This document shows, one piece after another, positions 10,786 to 19,543 of a stretch of 64,000 bases of DNA (within the stretch, counting starts at the first letter, position 1; every line of letters begins with the position of its first letter). The stretch comes from Escherichia coli (GTDB lineage Bacteria; Pseudomonadota; Gammaproteobacteria; Enterobacterales; Enterobacteriaceae), in assembly GCF_048403405.1 (NCBI RefSeq), contig NZ_CP183129.1; one strand, 5' to 3'. The translations under genes were made by a program, and so were the position numbers. A model generated the notes under the pieces. The model was not told the DNA's origin and did no database searches. It saw nothing but the letters and a program-made list of their open reading frames with translations.

Positions 10786-13700
10786 TTATTTTGGCGGTAG
10801 CTTTTTGCGGTTCTTTGCCAACTGGAATCCTTCAGGTAACGGTTTGAATTTATCGCCGCCTTTAGGCCAGCGTTTTGCCCTGCTCTGAAATGCCCTTAAC
10901 GAGTCGATATCCAGCGTTGCAGCGACCACAAAGTCATTATCACCGCCCTTCACACGAGCAATATCACGCATAAAGGGTTCTTTTGCCGGGGAACGTACGC
11001 GACTATCGCCGTATTTTCGGTTATTCACTAAAATAGTATAGGCATGAATATCCAGCGCTGCTGATTCAATCAACGATGCAAACGTATCTAGATCTTTATT
11101 CCAGCTCAATACCATTAATGCATCGAGTGCGCCCTGAAAACGGATCCTCGCTTTACTATTCTGGAGTTCAGAGCAAATCATAACGCCAAAATTGACGCCG
11201 TGATGAATATATACCGGCTTACGTTGTTTAACATTAAGTGTCGAATCCCAAGACTTACCATAAGTTGAAAATAATGCCTCATCTTCACCTACGGCGGGTT
11301 CCAGCTTGGGTTGCCATATTTTGACACTCGCTGGATAGCCGAGTCTGTTATCTGAAAGGACAAGTACGGCCTCACTCTTCAGTTGATTATCGTCTAAGTG
11401 GCGGTATTCTGTTCCCGCAATTAGACTGATACCCGCCGAACTCAAACGATCAGCAATACTGTTAACCCAGCGTAACGGGATTGAAAGCTCAGGGAATAAA
11501 ACATAATCAGGTTTAGGAGATAGTTTCAATGTTGCATTAACCAGTTCAGAAATCCGCTGGTACCTTGAACGGGACAAGTTAGATTTATTGCAGGCCATTT
11601 TAGCCCAGTCGTCCTCCTCTGTTTTAATGCTGGTTAGCGCAACGACAACTTTATGTTTCCTGTCTGTGCCAATATGAATGAATTTCTTAGGCCGAGCTTT
11701 TTTTGTCGCTTCATCTGAGTCCTGCTCCGATGCTAGCAACGTCGGTTTGATCCATACTCCGCGTAATGCTTGAGTATATTTTGCCCAAATGGTGGACGGT
11801 CTCTCATCTGGTTTTTTGTCGGATGTGGAGGGTAATCCAACACATTCGGGGGCCAGTTCTGATATTTCAGCGGGTGTTAAAGGACGTGTAGGGAAAATGT
11901 AAGGTAGGTAACTTTCGTTTTTACGATTTCCTTTAGCCACTTTTTCCAGTCGGGTATTCTTGGTTGATTTCAAAAATAGCTTAATAACGTCAATATCAAT
12001 AAGCGATGAGTCGCTCATTAATTTCAGTATTTTAACTTCTTTTTTACTATCACGCTGATTAACAAGTTTTTCTGCCGACTGACTCTTTACGATCTGTTTA
12101 TAAGGTTCCTTTGCTAAATCAGCTCGAGCTACCAATGGCGCTTTTAAATAAAAATCTGCTGAATCAAAGCGAAGATCCAGTAAATCCTTTAGATTCGTCA
12201 GACTTTGTGAAATATGATTAAAAAATGTATCCGCAAGGCACTCTTCTTTCTTTGAACGTTTATCAAGAAATAATCTGTCAGGACTGTAATATCGTGTCGC
12301 TGCATCAACAAATAGCCAGCTTAATGTGCCTTTTATACAGCGCCAAAGATCATTTACTGCTCGAGTTTTGCAACCATTTATATTCACTTCCTTACCTGAA
12401 GTAATCACCGATGCCAACAGGTTGATGGATTCGTAAGCTTTAAGTACAATTTTTTCCGCGTGCTGCCATTCATTCATACTGATAGCAAAGCCAAGCAGCC
12501 TTGGCAGATAACTAAAATGTGCAAATAGATTATCAGCCCTAAGAATATGGTTGTAGGCAAACTGATAAAACTCTTCCCGCTGTTCTTTCCATTCACTTGG
12601 AGGCAGATCTCGTGCCAGTGTTTCAACGTAGCGTAATTGCAGTGACCAGCCCAAACGACGAATGGTTAATCCATCCGCACGGCGCAGAGTATCGGCATTT
12701 TCACCTACACTACCGGCAGCGGAAAGGACTTTAGCTGCGGTGGAGTGTTCCAGTTGATCCGGTGAAGGCATCAAGCGGTGTTCACTAGAAAGCTCGTAGA
12801 TCTCCTTTTCGATACTGTCGAGCAGGTCTATTCCAGCCCTCCCTTGAAGCACGAAAAGTTTTTGCTTATCGGATTGTAACTGGATGGTGGTCTTACCCTG
12901 GAAATGCTCGCCCTGCTGTATTTGCCATATTTGTTTTTGCTCGTTTTTCAAATAAACGCAATCATTGCCAAGCCTATCTTGCAGCAATAACATAAATTCG
13001 TGATTATTAGTAATTGTCCCTGTATCGCGTATTACAAGGAACATATCATCGACATAACGACCGTAGTGAATTGGTGATAGTTTTTCAATGACTAATTTAT
13101 CCCAATGGTGTAGCAATATATTTGAAATGATCCGACTGGCTGTTAATCCAATGACCAGACCACCATTAATAACAGGTGTTTTGTACGCTATTTTCTTTCC
13201 AAATGCCGCTGCGCCGTCAGACCAGTGCTTTAAGAATACTGCTAACTGTGCAGTAAACGCTTTTTCATCCTCAGTCAGTTTTATGTTTAGTGTGTTATAG
13301 AGATCATCAGAGGTTATAGCCAGTGGATCAATAAAATGATAGTAACTTTTTAAATCCAGTGAGGCGGCGATAATGTCACGATCTTTTTCCAACTCGTCAC
13401 GTATAGCTTTTAAGCCATCACCACGCCATTTTTGGTAGGGCTGGAAGTAGGGGCTAAAAGAACCCACGGCACTGATATGGAATGGATTATCCTGCTCATT
13501 GCTAAATAATTCATCATTACGAATACGCTTTAGCCGCGCGCCATAGCAACAGTTATCTAAGCTGGCATCAAATTTATGCCCGACCATGTTAATCCATAGT
13601 GCAGAGATAATGTGACTATCAACCGGGAAGTCACCAATAATACGAAACTCTGGTATCAGATCAAAATTATTAAATAAATGGTCGGCTGCTCGTTTAGGAT

Positions 13701-13995
13701 TAGAAAAGTGGACGTGTCCATTTTGGGATTCATGTTTTTTCTTTGTGGTTAATTTTTTCGGTAACAAACGAAATTTGCCAATCAACTTCTTATTGCTACT
13801 GAATCCATCTTCGCTCTGCAAAAGATCTAAGAGTTTTTGCAGGTTTTCAAGTAATTCCTGCTCATACTCGGCAAATTTGATAGCAACAGGAAATGTATTC
13901 TCAAAGAAGCTATCGGCTTTTGCTTTCCGGTAAGCGACCAGAAGGTCTTCAATCGTCAGATCATCCCAGCCAGTGAAAATTGCCTGATATGTCAT
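10786..13995 (-). CDS. Defence-associated reverse transcriptase fused to C-terminal nitrilase (CN-hydrolase) domain, DRT type 1-like (UG1-like)
   Basis: 1069-aa ORF with AAGGA RBS; RT motifs LDLKSYYHFID, GGLVIGLTASRIISNILL, YVDD (complement of 13045-13056); nitrilase triad context FPELS, VKIWQPK, GVMICSEL (Cys codon complement of 11173-11175). Confidence 0.75.
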   Translation of the reverse strand: MTYQAIFTGWDDLTIEDLLVAYRKAKADSFFENTFPVAIKFAEYEQELLENLQKLLDLLQSEDGFSSNKKLIGKFRLLPKKLTTKKKHESQNGHVHFSNPKRAADHLFNNFDLIPEFRIIGDFPVDSHIISALWINMVGHKFDASLDNCCYGARLKRIRNDELFSNEQDNPFHISAVGSFSPYFQPYQKWRGDGLKAIRDELEKDRDIIAASLDLKSYYHFIDPLAITSDDLYNTLNIKLTEDEKAFTAQLAVFLKHWSDGAAAFGKKIAYKTPVINGGLVIGLTASRIISNILLHHWDKLVIEKLSPIHYGRYVDDMFLVIRDTGTITNNHEFMLLLQDRLGNDCVYLKNEQKQIWQIQQGEHFQGKTTIQLQSDKQKLFVLQGRAGIDLLDSIEKEIYELSSEHRLMPSPDQLEHSTAAKVLSAAGSVGENADTLRRADGLTIRRLGWSLQLRYVETLARDLPPSEWKEQREEFYQFAYNHILRADNLFAHFSYLPRLLGFAISMNEWQHAEKIVLKAYESINLLASVITSGKEVNINGCKTRAVNDLWRCIKGTLSWLFVDAATRYYSPDRLFLDKRSKKEECLADTFFNHISQSLTNLKDLLDLRFDSADFYLKAPLVARADLAKEPYKQIVKSQSAEKLVNQRDSKKEVKILKLMSDSSLIDIDVIKLFLKSTKNTRLEKVAKGNRKNESYLPYIFPTRPLTPAEISELAPECVGLPSTSDKKPDERPSTIWAKYTQALRGVWIKPTLLASEQDSDEATKKARPKKFIHIGTDRKHKVVVALTSIKTEEDDWAKMACNKSNLSRSRYQRISELVNATLKLSPKPDYVLFPELSIPLRWVNSIADRLSSAGISLIAGTEYRHLDDNQLKSEAVLVLSDNRLGYPASVKIWQPKLEPAVGEDEALFSTYGKSWDSTLNVKQRKPVYIHHGVNFGVMICSELQNSKARIRFQGALDALMVLSWNKDLDTFASLIESAALDIHAYTILVNNRKYGDSRVRSPAKEPFMRDIARVKGGDNDFVVAATLDIDSLRAFQSRAKRWPKGGDKFKPLPEGFQLAKNRKKLPPK

Positions 13996-14289
13996 GCGTT
14001 ATCGTCCTTAGATTACAGTCTGTACAGAATTAGCCAGCCGTTTCATGCCCGAAGGGGGGCTCTTGACACCAGTAATCCATCAGTGAGGCTGGCAATAATT
14101 TTGATTTGTATCCATGTTACACGCTCCCCGCAACCAGTCCGAGCATATATTTGTCACATTTTTCCCGAAAGTGATTAAGTTTGAATTTTTTGTTTAATGT
14201 CGATTTTTAGTCGACAAAATGAGGAATAAGTAAACTATTTCTTGCTGTGGCGTATCCCTGAATCTACACTGGTTTAAATATTTGTACTA
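13996..14289. promoter_or_regulatory. Divergent promoter region between RT gene and abiEi, with palindrome gtcgatttttagtcgac (14200-14216)
   Basis: AT-rich 294-bp spacer between divergently oriented genes; inverted repeat is a candidate AbiEi operator. Confidence 0.35.
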
Positions 14290-15093
14290 ATGTCTATTCA
14301 GAGGCGACAGTTGCCAAACTATCTAAACTGGCTGATGCAGCACACGCTACCCGGCCAGGTGCTGCTCCAGTCATGGCTTACCCGCAACGGCATAGATCGT
14401 AAGCTCTCTTATCTCTATGTGAAGAATGGCTGGCTCAGGCGGATCGCTCACGGCGTATACTGCCGGACGGGCCGTGAGCCGGATTGGGTAGACGCGGTTT
14501 ACTGCCTTCAAACACAGTGGGAAAAGCCTGTTCGGGTGGCGGGGCTAACCAGCCTTGCGCTTCAGGGCCATGCGCACTATACCGAACCGGGTAAGCCGCA
14601 GGTCTGGCTCGCGCTTCCGGCTTACGTTAAGCTGCCGGGATGGTTTGCTGCCTTCGAACAATCTGCAACATTTATCACGCTGTATACATCGGGGCTTACC
14701 GTAGATGTAACGTCATTGACTACGGAACTGAAAATTGGCGACCGCCAGTTAGCAGGCAGTGCCCCGGAACTGGCCGCGTATGAGATCGCCTGCGGCGTTC
14801 CTTCGTTGATATCGTTCGAACATGCCGATGCTCTGTTTCAGGGGATGAATCTTCTCAGCCCACGCAAATTGCAGGCACTGCTTCGCGCCAGCCATTCGGT
14901 TAAAACCAACCGGGTGATGCTTTACCTTGCCCGGCGTAATGGACACCCTTATTTTCAGTATATTGATCAAAGCGGTATAGAAACAGGTACGGGAAAGCGG
15001 CAAATCATACCCGGCGGCTGGCTGGAGCCGGATTATCAAATTACTGTTCCACGCGCATTTAAACCGGAAGGAGTCGAAGATGGATCTGCGTGA
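14290..15093 (+). CDS. abiEi: AbiEi-family antitoxin/transcriptional regulator (type IV TA / abortive infection)
   Basis: 267-aa ORF, N-terminal motif ...GWLRRIAHGVY typical of AbiEi; overlaps downstream AbiEii gene by 14 nt. Confidence 0.7.
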   Translation: MSIQRRQLPNYLNWLMQHTLPGQVLLQSWLTRNGIDRKLSYLYVKNGWLRRIAHGVYCRTGREPDWVDAVYCLQTQWEKPVRVAGLTSLALQGHAHYTEPGKPQVWLALPAYVKLPGWFAAFEQSATFITLYTSGLTVDVTSLTTELKIGDRQLAGSAPELAAYEIACGVPSLISFEHADALFQGMNLLSPRKLQALLRASHSVKTNRVMLYLARRNGHPYFQYIDQSGIETGTGKRQIIPGGWLEPDYQITVPRAFKPEGVEDGSA

Positions 15094-16000
15094 TAGCTAT
15101 GCCCGGCAGGTCAAACTGTTGATGGCCGCTCTGCCGTATGTGGCGAAGGAGTCCTGTTTCGCGTTGAAAGGCGGCACCGCAATCAATTTGTTTGTGCAGG
15201 ATTTTCCCCGTCTGTCGGTGGATATTGATCTGGCGTACAAGAGCTTTGCGGATCGCGATACTGATTTGGCGGCTATCAACGACGCTTTGAAGAGGATTAC
15301 TGCATCGCTGAACGGCAGACCGGGGATCACCGCGATTCGGCAGGAAAATAAAGCGGATGAAAAGCGCATCATTGTGAATACCGCTGATGCAAAGATTAAG
15401 ATCGAGGTTAGCCCGGTCTGGCGCGGGCTGTTGTTGCCTCCGGCAGAAATGCCTGTGTGCGAACGTGTGGAAATGGAGTATGGCTTCACCACCATGAGTG
15501 TCGTCTCGCTGGCGGATCTTTATGGCGGTAAAATCTGCGCTGCGCTTGATCGTCAGCACCCGCGCGATCTGTTTGATGTGCTGAATATGCTGGAGAAACC
15601 GGGACTGATGCGGGAGATCTTTGACGGTTTTCTTTGTTATCTGGCAGGCCATCCCCGCCCCATCGCCGAGTTGCTGGCTCCAAACTGGGATACAGAGCGG
15701 ATCGCCACGTTGTACGCGCAGGAATTTTCGGGGATGACTCAGCAGGAAACGTCGCTGGAATCGCTGCTGTCAGTAACGACTTTGCTGCCGCAGGCGTTGA
15801 AGTCACATCTTACGGATCTGGATCGCGAGTTCTTGCTCAGTTTTAAGCAAAACAGCCCTGACTGGTCGCGGTATCGCTATCCTGAAATTCAGCATCTTCC
15901 GGCTATTCGCTGGAAGCAACGTAATCTGGCGGTGCTGAAAGATAAAAATCCGGCGAAGTATGTGGCGGCGGTGAATAAGCTAGAGAGGGTGCTGGCGTAA
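15080..16000 (+). CDS. abiEii: AbiEii/AbiGii-family nucleotidyltransferase toxin
   Basis: 306-aa ORF with SD GGAAGGA; motif ALKGGTAINLF...RLSVDIDLAY characteristic of AbiEii (DUF1814). Confidence 0.75.
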   Translation: MDLRDSYARQVKLLMAALPYVAKESCFALKGGTAINLFVQDFPRLSVDIDLAYKSFADRDTDLAAINDALKRITASLNGRPGITAIRQENKADEKRIIVNTADAKIKIEVSPVWRGLLLPPAEMPVCERVEMEYGFTTMSVVSLADLYGGKICAALDRQHPRDLFDVLNMLEKPGLMREIFDGFLCYLAGHPRPIAELLAPNWDTERIATLYAQEFSGMTQQETSLESLLSVTTLLPQALKSHLTDLDREFLLSFKQNSPDWSRYRYPEIQHLPAIRWKQRNLAVLKDKNPAKYVAAVNKLERVLA

Positions 16001-16364
16001 TCAATAGACCAGCATTAATCACGGATGATTACCAATCAGACAGATATGGTTAAATCATCGAATTCATAATTAATACTTTTTCTTACGCCGCTGAACAGCT
16101 TGAAAAGGATACATATTTTAAATATCAGTGAAGTGGACAGTTTATTGCCGTTATTAATAGAGATGGAGGAATAAATACGCGTATTCTACTATTGCAACAA
16201 AAACAACGATGATGATCAGTTTTCATAATGAAGTAACCTGACAGATATAAAAATGTTGATTGAGGCTCAATGCCCGGATGAAGGTTGTCGAGGGAGCCAG
16301 GTGGTTTTTTCTTTTGGGTGATCTCCATTGCTGGATAGTCCCCTCTTTCTCGCTCAAAGCAGAC

Positions 16365-16689
16365 TGTACTGCACCCATTTTGTTGGACGATGAAATGGAA
16401 TAGCCCCTAATATGTCAAAGCCAAAATACCCTTTTGAAAAGCGCCTTGAAGTCGTGAATCACTACTTCACAACTGATGATGGTTACAGGATCATCTCGGC
16501 ACGTTTTGGTGTCCCCCGAACCCAGGTCAGGACATGGGTTGCCCTCTATGAAAAACATGGAGAAAAAGGTTTAATTCCCAAACCTAAAGGCGTTAGTGCT
16601 GATCCAGAGTTGCGTATTAAGGTCGTGAAAGCTGTGATCGAGCAGCACATGTCCCTTAATCAGGCTGCTGCTCACTTTATGCTTGCTGG
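16365..16689 (+). mobile_element. IS150 (IS3 family) left-end fragment, truncated by IS26
   Basis: Begins TGTACTGCACCCATTTTGTTGGACG; encodes the N-terminal ~90 aa of InsJ/OrfA (MSKPKYPFEKRLEVVNHYFTTDDGYRIISARFGVP...) ending at the IS26 boundary. Confidence 0.8.
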
Positions 16690-17509
16690 GGCACTGTTGC
16701 AAATAGTCGGTGGTGATAAACTTATCATCCCCTTTTGCTGATGGAGCTGCACATGAACCCATTCAAAGGCCGGCATTTTCAGCGTGACATCATTCTGTGG
16801 GCCGTACGCTGGTACTGCAAATACGGCATCAGTTACCGTGAGCTGCAGGAGATGCTGGCTGAACGCGGAGTGAATGTCGATCACTCCACGATTTACCGCT
16901 GGGTTCAGCGTTATGCGCCTGAAATGGAAAAACGGCTGCGCTGGTACTGGCGTAACCCTTCCGATCTTTGCCCGTGGCACATGGATGAAACCTACGTGAA
17001 GGTCAATGGCCGCTGGGCGTATCTGTACCGGGCCGTCGACAGCCGGGGCCGCACTGTCGATTTTTATCTCTCCTCCCGTCGTAACAGCAAAGCTGCATAC
17101 CGGTTTCTGGGTAAAATCCTCAACAACGTGAAGAAGTGGCAGATCCCACGATTCATCAACACGGATAAAGCGCCCGCCTATGGTCGCGCGCTTGCTCTGC
17201 TCAAACGCGAAGGCCGGTGCCCGTCTGACGTTGAACACCGACAGATTAAGTACCGGAACAACGTGATTGAATGCGATCATGGCAAACTGAAACGGATAAT
17301 CAACGCCACGCTGGGATTTAAATCCATGAAGACGGCTTACGCCACCATCAAAGGTATTGAGGTGATGCGTGCACTACGCAAAGGCCAGGCCTCAGCATTT
17401 TATTATGGTGATCCCCTGGGCGAAATGCGCCTGGTAAGCAGAGTTTTTGAAATGTAAGGCCTTTGAATAAGACAAAAGGCTGCCTCATCGCTAACTTTGC
17501 AACAGTGCC
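16690..17509 (+). mobile_element. IS26, copy 2, 820 bp, same orientation as copy 1
   Basis: Terminal repeats GGCACTGTTGCAAA at 16690-16703 and complement at 17496-17509. Confidence 0.95.
16753..17457 (+). CDS. tnpA: IS26 transposase Tnp26
   Basis: 234-aa protein matching recalled Tnp26 (R29). Confidence 0.95.
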   Translation: MNPFKGRHFQRDIILWAVRWYCKYGISYRELQEMLAERGVNVDHSTIYRWVQRYAPEMEKRLRWYWRNPSDLCPWHMDETYVKVNGRWAYLYRAVDSRGRTVDFYLSSRRNSKAAYRFLGKILNNVKKWQIPRFINTDKAPAYGRALALLKREGRCPSDVEHRQIKYRNNVIECDHGKLKRIINATLGFKSMKTAYATIKGIEVMRALRKGQASAFYYGDPLGEMRLVSRVFEM

Positions 17510-19543
17510 AAACCGTTAGCGATTATGGTTCCGGCGTGGAATGAAACGGGCGTCATCGGCAATATGGCCGAGCTGGCGGCGACCACGCTCGACTATGAAA
17601 ACTATCATATCTTTGTTGGCACCTACCCCAACGACCCCGATACACAGCGTGATGTTGACGAAGTGTGCGCTCGCTTCCCGAACGTGCATAAGGTAGTCTG
17701 CGCGCGTCCTGGCCCCACCAGCAAAGCCGACTGCCTGAACAACGTGCTGGACGCCATCACCCAGTTTGAGCGTAGCGCCAATTTCGCTTTTGCTGGTTTT
17801 ATTCTGCATGACGCCGAAGACGTAATTTCACCGATGGAATTGCGTCTGTTCAACTATCTGGTCGAGCGTAAAGATCTGATTCAGATCCCGGTGTATCCGT
17901 TCGAACGCGAATGGACGCACTTCACCAGCATGACTTACATTGATGAGTTTTCAGAACTGCATGGCAAAGATGTTCCGGTGCGTGAAGCCCTCGCCGGACA
18001 AGTGCCCAGCGCAGGCGTCGGTACCTGTTTCAGCCGCCGCGCCGTGACCGCACTGTTAGCTGACGGTGACGGTATTGCTTTCGACGTGCAGAGTCTTACT
18101 GAAGATTACGACATTGGTTTCCGCCTGAAAGAAAAAGGTATGACGGAAATTTTTGTCCGTTTTCCGGTGGTGGACGAAGCCAAAGAACGCGAGCAGCGTA
18201 AATTTTTACAGCACGCGCGGACGTCAAACATGATCTGCATGCGCGAATATTTCCCTGATACCTTTTCGACTGCGGTTCGACAAAAATCTCGCTGGATCAT
18301 CGGCATTGTTTTCCAGGGCTTTAAAACCCACAAATGGACCTCCAGCCTGACGCTGAACTACTTTCTCTGGCGCGACCGCAAAGGGGCAATCAGTAACTTT
18401 GTCAGCTTTCTCGCGATGCTGGTGATGATCCAGCTTCTGCTGTTACTGGCGTATGAAAGTTTGTGGCCCGATGCCTGGCATTTCCTTTCTATTTTCAGCG
18501 GCAGCGCATGGTTAATGACCCTGCTGTGGCTAAACTTTGGTTTGATGGTTAACCGCATCGTGCAGCGGGTGATTTTTGTCACTGGCTACTACGGTCTGAC
18601 GCAGGGGCTGCTATCTGTCCTGCGTCTTTTCTGGGGCAACCTGATTAACTTCATGGCCAACTGGCGCGCGTTAAAACAGGTACTTCAACACGGCGATCCA
18701 CGTCGTGTCGCGTGGGATAAAACAACGCATGACTTCCCCAGCGTGACTGGCGATACCCGCTCGTTGCGCCCGTTAGGCCAAATTCTGCTGGAAAATCAGG
18801 TCATCACTGAAGAACAACTCGATACAGCACTGCGTAATCGCGTCGAAGGTCTACGCCTGGGCGGTTCAATGCTGATGCAGGGGCTGATTAGCGCCGAACA
18901 GCTGGCACAGGCGCTGGCAGAGCAAAACGGCGTGGCGTGGGAATCCATCGACGCCTGGCAGATCCCGTCCTCGCTGATTGCCGAAATGCCGGCCTCCGTG
19001 GCGCTGCATTATGCAGTGCTGCCGCTGCGTCTGGAAAATGATGAGTTAATTGTCGGCAGTGAAGATGGTATTGACCCGGTTTCGCTGGCGGCCCTGACGC
19101 GTAAAGTCGGACGCAAAGTGCGTTACGTCATTGTTCTGCGGGGACAAATTGTCACGGGGTTACGTCACTGGTATGCACGCCGACGCGGTCACGATCCGCG
19201 GGCAATGTTGTACAATGCGATTCAGCATCAGTGGCTCACGGAACAGCAGGCCGGTGAAATCTGGCGGCAATATGTGCCGCATCAGTTCCTGTTCGCCGAA
19301 ATACTGACCACGCTCGGTCATATTAATCGTTCAGCAATTAACGTGTTGTTATTGCGCCATGAACGCAGTTCTCTGCCGCTCGGCAAGTTTTTGGTCACCG
19401 AAGGCGTTATCAGCCAGGAAACGTTGGATCGCGTCCTGACAATTCAACGCGAATTACAAGTTTCGATGCAATCACTATTACTCAAAGCAGGTTTAAACAC
19501 AGAACAGGTTGCGCAACTGGAGTCCGAAAATGAAGGAGAATAA
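17510..19543 (+). pseudogene. nfrB: nfrB (c-di-GMP-controlled glycosyltransferase, phage N4 adsorption protein B), 5'-truncated by IS26
   Basis: Native reading frame begins directly at the IS26 right end (KPLAIMVPAWNETGVIGN...); ~70 N-terminal codons of the recalled 745-aa NfrB are missing; longest ORF 17525-19543. Confidence 0.85.

Noticed and set aside
10440-13995. Possibility that the RT is a retron with msr/msd in the adjacent repeats
   Set aside because: The RT is about three times the size of retron RTs, carries a nitrilase fusion, and the structured region is downstream rather than upstream of the RT; the inverted repeats are much shorter than typical retron a1/a2 repeats. The ncRNA idea is kept only as a hypothesis.
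15059-15806. Minus-strand ORFs (197, 132 and 106 aa) overlapping abiEii
   Set aside because: Antisense to a gene with clear family motifs and an RBS; no independent support.
16125-16328. 67-aa ORF in the AT-rich spacer between abiEii and the IS150 fragment
   Set aside because: No RBS, low-complexity product, lies in probable IS-flanking remnant DNA.
17516-18582. Minus-strand ORFs (97, 76, 75 and 74 aa) inside nfrB
   Set aside because: Antisense to the continuous nfrB reading frame; shadow ORFs.
19509-19529. Alternative TTG start for nfrA at 19509
   Set aside because: The ATG at 19530 yields the expected 990-aa protein with a canonical signal peptide.
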